Part shown: positions 19,332-27,582 of the stretch, in pieces
How the letters are laid out: each line of letters starts with the position of its first letter
How positions within the stretch are numbered: position 1 is the stretch's first letter
Source: Deferribacterales bacterium
GTDB lineage: Bacteria; Chrysiogenota; Deferribacteres; Deferribacterales; Geovibrionaceae
NCBI GenBank assembly: GCA_050253075.1
Contig: JBFWJS010000006.1
Span: 185,107 to 249,106 of the forward strand
Reading direction: 5' to 3'
DNA: 64,000 nucleotides
The notes under the pieces: generated by a model
What the model was told of the DNA's origin: nothing
Seen by the model: the letters and a program-made list of their open reading frames with translations, nothing else
Database searches by the model: none
Program-made: the position numbers and the translations under genes

Positions 19332-20513
19332 TTAATAGTCTTTCATCTTGGTTGATACGTTTACGATATACTTCCTCGCCTCTTCGTATCTGAGGTTGAA
19401 TTTCAGATGTTCATAAACCTTTTTCGGGCTCATGTTGTTTATCACGGGGACAGCCTTTGCTATGCTGTATTTCCCGCCGTTATTCTTATTAAAAGCGTAT
19501 GAGACGTTCCCTGCGCCGGTGTTATATGCCGCTATGGCACAGTAAAGCCTGCTCTCAGGGTTTGTAACGTTTTTGAAATATCGGTAGTAGAGGATGTGCA
19601 GATAAGCAGTGCCGACCTTTACGTTGTTTTCAGAGTTATAGAGGTATGAAGGGGCGAGCACCCTCTTCTTCCCTTCGAGAAACTCGATGGCGTCTATACC
19701 CGCTGATTTCGGCACTATCTGCATAAGCCCGTAAGCAGGCACGTGTGACTTCGCAAGCGGGTTAAACCTGCTTTCGTTATATATCACAGACATCACAAGT
19801 GAAGGATCGATCTTAAACTCTGATGCGAAATCAGATACATAAGGCTTAACCTTTGAAGCTGCTTTCTGATACGTATCTGAGGGCAGGTTTATCACTGCCG
19901 TGGCGACATGTTGTCCTGTCTTGTCGCTGATGCCTGTAGACATCTGCGAACTTGATATCAGTTTAGACGAAAGCTCGTCGAGTTCTTTGTCTGTCAGCTT
20001 CTTTTTATCTGTGAACAGGTCTGTGATGACAGGGTCGTCTGTTATCTTATCAGTCTTTACGTCGGGCACTTCCTCACGCAGTTTATTTTCCGTGTTAAAG
20101 GCGACGGGGTCTCTGCGGAAGGCATTCCCCTTATCCTCGTTCAAAAGATCCTTTAAAACGGGTTTTATGTCGTTCGGTGTCCCGCCGATGATATCTATCT
20201 GTATTTTCTTAGTATCAAAGTCGACAATCTTCCTCACCTGATATCCGTTCAGGTATTCCACCCATTTGGTATTATCCGAGACCTCCACTGTGTCCCAGTA
20301 TTTTTCTATCTCTTTCTTATAAGCGGCGAACTCTTCGTCGATGATCCTCTTATAGGTTTCGAATTCCGTCATAGTCTCTTCCTTAAAGGAGTCGAACTCT
20401 GATTTGGAACTTTCAAAACCGCCGATGGACTGACTTTTAAAGTCTTCGAAGCTGTCTGCTGCAAATGCCGATGAGCAAACCAAAAGGCCGAGTATTACAA
20501 AGAAGATTCTCAT
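19332..20513 (-). CDS. MltC-like lytic murein transglycosylase (DUF3393 + SLT) with Sec signal peptide
   Basis: IYNESRFNPLAKS, AYGLMQIVPKSAG, AAYNTGAGNV, EARKY. Confidence 0.88.
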   Translation of the reverse strand: MRIFFVILGLLVCSSAFAADSFEDFKSQSIGGFESSKSEFDSFKEETMTEFETYKRIIDEEFAAYKKEIEKYWDTVEVSDNTKWVEYLNGYQVRKIVDFDTKKIQIDIIGGTPNDIKPVLKDLLNEDKGNAFRRDPVAFNTENKLREEVPDVKTDKITDDPVITDLFTDKKKLTDKELDELSSKLISSSQMSTGISDKTGQHVATAVINLPSDTYQKAASKVKPYVSDFASEFKIDPSLVMSVIYNESRFNPLAKSHVPAYGLMQIVPKSAGIDAIEFLEGKKRVLAPSYLYNSENNVKVGTAYLHILYYRYFKNVTNPESRLYCAIAAYNTGAGNVSYAFNKNNGGKYSIAKAVPVINNMSPKKVYEHLKFNLRYEEARKYIVNVSTKMKDY

Positions 20514-20911
20514 TCACTTACCATCCATATATATAATTCTTTAGTATAGGGGTCTTCCCACATTTCTGCTATGCGCGCATTGACTGTTTTACCCGATGCC
20601 GTAAAGAATGATGCAGACTGTCCGCTGACGGAAGAGCTGCCTGCGGATGTGTTTGAATGTATGCTGGAAAAGCTGTCCACTTTAACACCCATCTGTCTGG
20701 CTATCTCCGCCAGAGCTCTTTCCACTGCGAGCTGTTTCTGCCCTGTCTTTCCGTCTTTATGTATGCCGGAAACACCGACACCGCCTACTTTACCGCCTGC
20801 TGACGGTGTGAAATACCATTCGGGCTTACCGTCTATCAGCTTTGGTCCGCCCCCCGTACCGGCACACCCGAGCATGCCCGCACATAATAGAAATATAAGA
20901 AATCTTTTCAT
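20510..20911 (-). CDS. LPP20-like lipoprotein
   Basis: Lipobox MLGC; KPEWYFTP, GVGVS, QKQLAVERALAEIARQMGVKV; ATGA overlap with the transglycosylase. Confidence 0.75.
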   Translation of the reverse strand: MKRFLIFLLCAGMLGCAGTGGGPKLIDGKPEWYFTPSAGGKVGGVGVSGIHKDGKTGQKQLAVERALAEIARQMGVKVDSFSSIHSNTSAGSSSVSGQSASFFTASGKTVNARIAEMWEDPYTKELYIWMVSE

Positions 20912-20925
20912 ATAAATTACCCTAT

Positions 20926-20956
20926 AAAAAAAGGGCAGCCAGCAAGACTGCCCCTT
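20926..20956 (-). terminator. Terminator/attenuator after the first LPP20 gene
   Basis: GGGCAG...CTGCCC stem with a U-run on the minus strand. Confidence 0.65.
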
Positions 20957-20976
20957 CTTATATAAATGCTTGTATC

Positions 20977-21540
20977 TTAGTTTCCAAATTCTTTAGACAC
21001 TGCAGCATCAAGTTCGTCTTGAGCTTTCTGTGCCTGGAATTGCTGCCAGAGAGCCTGATCGTTCTTCATGCTTGTGATAACCTGCTGCTTTGTAAGCTCA
21101 GCCACTTTGGAAGGGTCGAGCACAACGAGAACATACAGTTCTGAACATGGTGAAAACCAAGCGTCTTTCTGCATTGTTCCCTGAAGCACCTGGCTTGATA
21201 CCTGCTTGGAAACAGATGATGTCACTTTATCAACAGTTTCAGCATCGCCTACTCCTGTAACCTGAGTAAAGTCTTTCATCATAGTGTTGACTTTAACTTC
21301 GATAACACGGGAGATCTCGCTTCTTGCATTAGCCATAGCTGCGTCTCTTGTGAACTGCATGCCGCCTGCTGATTTCTTAGCAGAGCCTGCAGCTGCGATA
21401 GCGCCTTCAACCTGAGGGTTGACAACCCATGCAGGAGCACCCTTGAAACAAGGGTCAGCGAGTTCTGTTTTTGGTTCGCCGCCGACGCATCCTACGAGCA
21501 TCAAAGATACAGCAGCAAGAAACAGTATAAGTTTTTTCAT
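20977..21540 (-). CDS. LPP20 lipoprotein
   Basis: Lipobox LVGC; APAWVVNP, AAAGSA, AMANARSEISRVIEVKV; RBS GGAGG before ATG at 21540. Confidence 0.85.
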   Translation of the reverse strand: MKKLILFLAAVSLMLVGCVGGEPKTELADPCFKGAPAWVVNPQVEGAIAAAGSAKKSAGGMQFTRDAAMANARSEISRVIEVKVNTMMKDFTQVTGVGDAETVDKVTSSVSKQVSSQVLQGTMQKDAWFSPCSELYVLVVLDPSKVAELTKQQVITSMKNDQALWQQFQAQKAQDELDAAVSKEFGN

Positions 21541-21697
21541 GGTAACCTCCAAATAATCCTAATAAATAAATCTACCATACGGCTTATTAGGATTCTATTA
21601 CAATTTCTTATAGGATAGTATATGAGACTTAAAAATAAAGTGATTTTTCACTACACATTAGATAAATAAGTGACATAATAAAATATGGAGAGTTCAA

Positions 21698-22504
21698 ATG
21701 AAAAAATACCTTATTTTGTTATTACTACTGGTTGCGGCTGCTGCATTCGCTGATGCACAGCAAACGGCGGAGACAACCCAAGCCGCTGAAACTGCTCAAA
21801 CTGCCGAAACTTTACAGCAGACCGAGGCAGAACAACCTGCCGAAGCTGTTCAGACACCTGATCAGGCTGGCGTTATAGCCTCTTTCAAGGGGAGGGTCAC
21901 ACTCTATGACGGAGTATCCCCCAGAGGCACACAGGTGGAGACACCGGATACGCCGATCTTCCTGAAAAACAGGATAGCCACCAAATCTTCATCTACTGCC
22001 GTGATATCCATGCTCGCTGAGGACAAGATCGCCCTCACAGAAAATTCTATGATGACCATAGAGGACATAAACACCTATAAGCCCGAAGGGGGCAAGGTAG
22101 TCTTTTCCATCAAGACCAGAGGGCAGGCATCCGGACTGAATATAGCCCTCACCAGTGCCGTCATCGGGGTCAAAGGTACTGAATTCCTCATCGACACTAA
22201 CGAAGACGGACGTCAGGACTGCTATATGAAGGAAGGCGTGGTAGAGGTTACGCCTCTGCACGGTCAGTTCAAAAAGTATATGGAAGTAAAAGTTGATGAG
22301 TATGAAGCATACGTAAGAAAGATGATGGGCGACTATGACCAGTATGTCAAAAAGCTCCAGGAAGAGTATGTCGAATACGTAGACAAGCTCGTCATTAAAG
22401 CGGGCAACGCATGGAGCATCACAGGGAACGAAGTGCATAAGCTCGAATTCACTCCCGAAATCGAAGATGCTTTCAAGCTGTTAGACAAAGAAACAAACCA
22501 GTAG
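21698..22504 (+). CDS. Secreted FecR-domain protein
   Basis: Signal peptide; Ala/Gln/Thr linker; IALTENS...G.V, AVIGVKGTEF, EGVVEV. Confidence 0.8.
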   Translation: MKKYLILLLLLVAAAAFADAQQTAETTQAAETAQTAETLQQTEAEQPAEAVQTPDQAGVIASFKGRVTLYDGVSPRGTQVETPDTPIFLKNRIATKSSSTAVISMLAEDKIALTENSMMTIEDINTYKPEGGKVVFSIKTRGQASGLNIALTSAVIGVKGTEFLIDTNEDGRQDCYMKEGVVEVTPLHGQFKKYMEVKVDEYEAYVRKMMGDYDQYVKKLQEEYVEYVDKLVIKAGNAWSITGNEVHKLEFTPEIEDAFKLLDKETNQ

Positions 22505-22524
22505 ATTTCACATAATTTAATTAT

Positions 22525-22553
22525 AAAAAAAGGGGAGCAAAAGCTCCCCTTTT
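22525..22553. terminator. Bidirectional terminator
   Basis: GGGGAGC-AAAA-GCTCCCC flanked by A and T runs. Confidence 0.85.
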
Positions 22554-22576
22554 CCATATCTATACTCAGATAAATC

Positions 22577-23983
22577 TTAGTTATCGTAGTACATGAAGAA
22601 TTCATATGGGTGAGGTCTGGAGTTGAGACCGGAGATCTCATCTCTTTTCCACTCGATCCAGCTAGCGATAGCGTCTTCTGTGAATACGTCTCCTTTAAGA
22701 AGGAAGTCGTGGTTCTTTTCAAGAGCGTTGATAGACTGCTCAAGAGAAGATGGCATCTGTGGGATAGCAGAAAGTTCGATCGGGTCAAGATCGTAAAGGT
22801 TTTTGTCCATTGGCTCACCTGGATCGATCTTGTTCTGGATACCGTCGAGACCGGCCATCATCATAACTGTGAAAGCCATGTATGGGTTAGCAAGCGGGTC
22901 TGGGAATCTTACTTCTACACGCTTAGCCTTTGGTGATGGGCTGTACATTGGGATACGCAGGGAAGCAGATCTGTTTCTAGAAGAGTAAGCAAGTGAAACA
23001 GGAGCTTCGAAACCTGGAACAAGTCTCTTGTAGGAGTTTGTTGTTGGGTTTGTGAAAGCTGCGATTGTATGAGCGTGTTTGATGATACCACCGATGTAGT
23101 AAAGAGCCATCTCAGAGAGACCGGCGTACTCTTCACCAGCGAAGAGAGGCTTGCCGTCTTTCCAGAGAGACTGGTGTACGTGCATACCGGAACCGTTGTC
23201 TCCGTAGAGTGGTTTAGGCATGAAAGTAGCAGACTTACCGTGCTTACAAGATGTGTTTTTAACAACATATTTGAATGTCTGAAGGTCATCAGCCATAGAG
23301 ATCATGTCGTTGAAACGCATGTCGATCTCACACTGACCGCCGGAAGCAACTTCGTGGTGGGAGTTCTCGATGTAAAGACCGAGAGATTCCATTGTCATAA
23401 CCATTTCGTTACGAAGGTTGAAGAGGCTGTCGAGTGGTGGAACTGGGAAGTAGCCTTCTTTTGGTCTGATTTTGTAACCAAGGTTAGGGCCTTCAGCACC
23501 TGTGTTCCAGTTACCTTCTTCAGTATCAAGGAATACGTAAGAAGTGTTTTTTGTTGTGTCGTAAGAAACGTTGTCAAATACGAAGAACTCAGCTTCCGGT
23601 CCGAAGTAAGCTGTATCTGCGATACCTGTAGACTGAAGGTATTTGATAGCTTTAGCAGCGATGTTTCTAGGGTCTTTTGTGTAGCGCTCTTTGCTTATTG
23701 GGTCAAAGATGTTACAGATCATGTATGCTGTAGGAACCGCTGTGTAAGGGTCCATTTTGATTGTTGCCGGGTCTGGGAGCATGATCATGTCAGAGTTGTT
23801 GATGGCCTGCCATCCTCTGATAGAAGAACCATCGAAACCGAGACCATCTTCGAAGATGTCTTCTGTTATTTCGTGAGCAGGAACAGTAGTGTGCTGCCAC
23901 TGTCCGAGAAAGTCTGTGAAGCGAAAGTCGCAAAGTTTTGCGCCGTTCTCTTCGATAAATTTGATTGCATCTTTAGCTGTCAT
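22577..23983 (-). CDS. glnA: Glutamine synthetase type I
   Basis: FDGSSIRGW, HHEVA, FMPKP...NGSGMHVHQS, NSYKRLVPG, adenylylation-site motif KNLYDL. Confidence 0.97.
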   Translation of the reverse strand: MTAKDAIKFIEENGAKLCDFRFTDFLGQWQHTTVPAHEITEDIFEDGLGFDGSSIRGWQAINNSDMIMLPDPATIKMDPYTAVPTAYMICNIFDPISKERYTKDPRNIAAKAIKYLQSTGIADTAYFGPEAEFFVFDNVSYDTTKNTSYVFLDTEEGNWNTGAEGPNLGYKIRPKEGYFPVPPLDSLFNLRNEMVMTMESLGLYIENSHHEVASGGQCEIDMRFNDMISMADDLQTFKYVVKNTSCKHGKSATFMPKPLYGDNGSGMHVHQSLWKDGKPLFAGEEYAGLSEMALYYIGGIIKHAHTIAAFTNPTTNSYKRLVPGFEAPVSLAYSSRNRSASLRIPMYSPSPKAKRVEVRFPDPLANPYMAFTVMMMAGLDGIQNKIDPGEPMDKNLYDLDPIELSAIPQMPSSLEQSINALEKNHDFLLKGDVFTEDAIASWIEWKRDEISGLNSRPHPYEFFMYYDN

Positions 23984-24022
23984 GTTGCCTCCTAAAAAAT
24001 AACATGTTTTTTATTGGAATTC

Positions 24023-24427
<405 letters not shown>

Positions 24428-24461
24428 TTAACGTATCCGCAGCATAGAGAGAACTTTCAAA

Positions 24462-24500
24462 TGGCTAAAATTTAATCAATAGGTGATTATTTTTTATTCA
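24462..24500 (-). promoter_or_regulatory. Tandem NtrC-like enhancer sites
   Basis: Two 17-bp TG-N13-CA sites with AT-rich centres (24462-24478, 24484-24500), 22 bp apart, upstream of the sigma54 promoter. Confidence 0.55.
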
Positions 24501-25161
24501 GCACAGCTTTTACAAGCCCTATTCTCTTCTCTATATCTAATGTGTCTTTTTCCTGTTTCTCAGCGGCAGCCTTAATTATTGTCAGATCTCTTAATATGTT
24601 AAGACTCCAGCCGTTGAATCTGTCTATCACAAGCGCCCTCTCGGCTAATTCTTCCGCAAGGGGAGCATCGCTCATAATATAACCAATGGCCGCATTTCTC
24701 AGCAGCCTTGTTCTTGTATAGTCCGGTAATTCTTTATTATCAGAGAGATTTATGAGCTTTTCACCATCAGCGCCTGCGATCTCTGAATAAGGCTCAGGCA
24801 GAAGCTTCTTATCGTAATTAACCCCGGAAAGGTACTTTACAGCTTCTATTTCATTTTGACAAGAGCCAAGAGAGGCATAGTTATTTGCCTTTTCAAGGGC
24901 TGTCTGGTCTTCACCGCCCTCTTCCAGCACAAAACGTCCTATATATATACGAGACAGATTACACATAGCGTCCATGCTCAGAAACTGATATTCGGCCTTA
25001 TTGAACGCTGCTTGTGCAAGTATCGGTTTGCCTTTGAGATAATAGTCTACAAAGTTTGCATAAACCTTGCTTCCATAGAGGAAATCAGGAGACTGAGCCT
25101 CTTTGCTGCTGCATGAAAAGATCATAAGGGAGATGATGAAAACAACGGCTGTCTTTCTCAT
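24487..25161 (-). CDS. Hypothetical helical lipoprotein of the MCE operon
   Basis: Lipobox IFSC; ATGA overlap with the MCE gene. Confidence 0.75.
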   Translation of the reverse strand: MRKTAVVFIISLMIFSCSSKEAQSPDFLYGSKVYANFVDYYLKGKPILAQAAFNKAEYQFLSMDAMCNLSRIYIGRFVLEEGGEDQTALEKANNYASLGSCQNEIEAVKYLSGVNYDKKLLPEPYSEIAGADGEKLINLSDNKELPDYTRTRLLRNAAIGYIMSDAPLAEELAERALVIDRFNGWSLNILRDLTIIKAAAEKQEKDTLDIEKRIGLVKAVLNKK

Positions 25162-26165
25162 GGCAGCCTCACTTTCTCATCAGTCTTAACCCCTGTTCCG
25201 TCGTTGAACGGCCACTTTTCCTCAAGGTTCAGAAGTATGCGGTTTGTAGTATTGAGTATTTCATCCGTCTGAGCTTTCAGCTCTATTAGATCGGGCGAAT
25301 TCTCTGCGATATCGGTGGACACCTTATTCACATTATCCAGCGTCGGCTGAATCTTCGTGACGGAATCGTCTATATTCTTAGCAAGATTACCGATCTTTTC
25401 AGAGCCTTCTTTAATGGCGACGAGCCCTTTATCAAAGTTCTGAAGGACAGGCTGCGCCTCGTCTACTCTGGCACTAACAGCCTCGGTTATCCTTTTAAGG
25501 TTATCTTCTATTATCTTTATTTTATCCACTATGGATTCCACTTCGTTCTTAAGATAGTCGGAGCGCACAAGGTAGCCCACAGAGCCCTCTTTCTTCGTAA
25601 GGTCAGAGCCGACAGCGCCGACGCCGTCAAGGAGGTCTTCTATCTTCGATTTTTTGCTGGATATGGATGAAGTGACATTATCTACATTGGTAAGGATATT
25701 CTTCACATCTTCTATCATAGGCTCGACCTTGACCAGAAGGTCAGTGATGGCCTTTTCACGTTTAAGTTTATACACGTGTCCGTTTTCAATATCCGGGTCA
25801 GAGAGTGTCCCTCCTGAGAGGACGATAGCATTCGCACCTATCACTCCCTGCGCCTGTATCTTCGCCGCAGAGTCGGATTTAACCCATTTCTTGTATTTCT
25901 CCGGTATGTTTGCCCTAAGTTCGACCATACCGTCATCCCTCAGCTCCAGCCTGTGCACACGTGCGAGCTGAAACCCGGAATACATCACAGGCATACTTTT
26001 AGACAGTCCCTCGCCCGAATCCGCAAGGAAAACAACCTTTATCTTTCTGGTAAAGACATCCTGCGTAACGAGGAAGCCCACAACCATGACAACTATCATT
26101 ATAATAGCTGCAAGGATGAAAAAGCCTACTTTAAGCTCTAAATTTTTAAATCTTGGGTCACCCAT
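25158..26165 (-). CDS. MlaD/MCE-family protein with long helical C-terminus
   Basis: KVGFFIL TM, SGEGLSKSMPVMYSGFQLARV, AKIQAQGVIG. Confidence 0.88.
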   Translation of the reverse strand: MGDPRFKNLELKVGFFILAAIIMIVVMVVGFLVTQDVFTRKIKVVFLADSGEGLSKSMPVMYSGFQLARVHRLELRDDGMVELRANIPEKYKKWVKSDSAAKIQAQGVIGANAIVLSGGTLSDPDIENGHVYKLKREKAITDLLVKVEPMIEDVKNILTNVDNVTSSISSKKSKIEDLLDGVGAVGSDLTKKEGSVGYLVRSDYLKNEVESIVDKIKIIEDNLKRITEAVSARVDEAQPVLQNFDKGLVAIKEGSEKIGNLAKNIDDSVTKIQPTLDNVNKVSTDIAENSPDLIELKAQTDEILNTTNRILLNLEEKWPFNDGTGVKTDEKVRLP

Positions 26166-26656
26166 TTATTAAAATCCTTTTCAGTGTATTCGTGCATATC
26201 GCTGAACAGTTTTCGGTTTAATTCGTTTTCAATAATAACCGATTTTTCGAGCTGTTCACAACGTAAAAATTCATGAAACCTTTCCTCATACTCGGCTGCA
26301 TACATACGGCGGGGGCTGAGGAAAACTATCCATTCAGGGCAAATATACTTCACCTGAAGATATTTGACTATCAGCTTCTCAAAGTCGTCCAGAAGATTAC
26401 TTCTGTAATCCTCTTTCCCCTCCATGCCGAAACGCTTAAGGTCGGCAGTGACGAGCTTCATCCCCTCTTTATAACTGATCTTGTGGTGATAATATGCCCC
26501 CACAAGCATGTTCTCCGACACAGAGAGATTTCCAATAATAGGAAGCAAATTTGAAACAATTCCTATTTTTGTTTTATTTGCATACTGCATGAGCGTCTTG
26601 TACCACTCATCACGCTGGCGATGATTGACATAATATATAAAATACTTATAGCTCAT
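26138..26656 (-). CDS. Degenerate ABC-ATPase-like protein (MlaF position) lacking Walker A
   Basis: Retains IGIVS...IIGNLSVSENMLV; no GxxGxGK(S/T) or LSGG motif; overlaps both neighbours. Confidence 0.65.
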   Translation of the reverse strand: MSYKYFIYYVNHRQRDEWYKTLMQYANKTKIGIVSNLLPIIGNLSVSENMLVGAYYHHKISYKEGMKLVTADLKRFGMEGKEDYRSNLLDDFEKLIVKYLQVKYICPEWIVFLSPRRMYAAEYEERFHEFLRCEQLEKSVIIENELNRKLFSDMHEYTEKDFNKWVTQDLKI

Positions 26657-27429
26657 ATCAATGCTCCTAATACCTCTACAAGTATGAGAGCATAGAAGAG
26701 CCTAAGCATACCTTTAAGAAGTGCAATAGGTATTTCCGTCACTGCATTGCCCACCTGTAGAGCTGTATAGATTGGAATAGACATTACGAAATATCCCATA
26801 AGCAGTACCTTTATCAAAAATACCAATACGATTTTAAAATTAAAAGCGTCAAAAATAGTCTGTATTAGAAAATCAAATGATATATTCAAATTGAAGCTCA
26901 AAATTAAATATCCGCCGATTATGGAGATATAAACAAATATCGTCGCCAGTGCTCCCATGCATACTACTCCCGAAAGGATTCTGGGGATGTAGAGGTAAAC
27001 AAAGGGGTTTATCGAAAGAGACTTCAGTGTCTCGATTTCGTTGTTCATTTTCATAAGTGCGATTTCTGCCGTGACGGCGGTGGACGATCTGAGGGTCAAA
27101 AGTATAGCTACCACGATAGGAGCAAGCTGTTTTACTGTGACGAGCACGAGAATATCACCCACTCTGTCCTGTGCTCCGAACTGAACCAAAAAGTTGGTCA
27201 AACCACCGACCAGAGCGAGCCCGATAACTATGGAGATAAGGGAGAACATAGGGAGTATCTGCACCCCTGTGAAGTACACCTGACGGAATATCACGAGCTT
27301 AACCGAAGGGTTAAGTAATCGAATATTAAAACACCCTTTTATGAAATTTATGGTGAAGTTGACATATCCATAATAAAATATGGCACTGTCTATTGCCCAC
27401 TTACCTAGTTTTCTTATTATTTGCTTCAT
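26653..27429 (-). CDS. MlaE-family ABC permease
   Basis: QVYFTGVQILP, QLAPIVVAI, RSSTAVTAEIALMKMNNEIETL, PRI. Confidence 0.88.
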   Translation of the reverse strand: MKQIIRKLGKWAIDSAIFYYGYVNFTINFIKGCFNIRLLNPSVKLVIFRQVYFTGVQILPMFSLISIVIGLALVGGLTNFLVQFGAQDRVGDILVLVTVKQLAPIVVAILLTLRSSTAVTAEIALMKMNNEIETLKSLSINPFVYLYIPRILSGVVCMGALATIFVYISIIGGYLILSFNLNISFDFLIQTIFDAFNFKIVLVFLIKVLLMGYFVMSIPIYTALQVGNAVTEIPIALLKGMLRLFYALILVEVLGALI

Positions 27430-27582
27430 AGTAAAGAGTATATCCTATCTTGTTAACAAATGAAACAAGAAATGCTGTTGACTGAGATATTGAAAATATG
27501 TATAGTGACCTCACAACCACTCGAAATTTAATATACGTTAGCTTTAAAACATATTTCTAATCATCAAAAAAGGAGTGATGGT

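Noticed and set aside
23069..23995. 308-aa ORF antisense to glnA
   Set aside because: Antisense shadow caused by codon bias; no recognisable domain
27381..27396. Sigma54-like TGGCAC...TTGC upstream of nifJ
   Set aside because: Spacing is one base too long and the site lies inside the mlaE CDS
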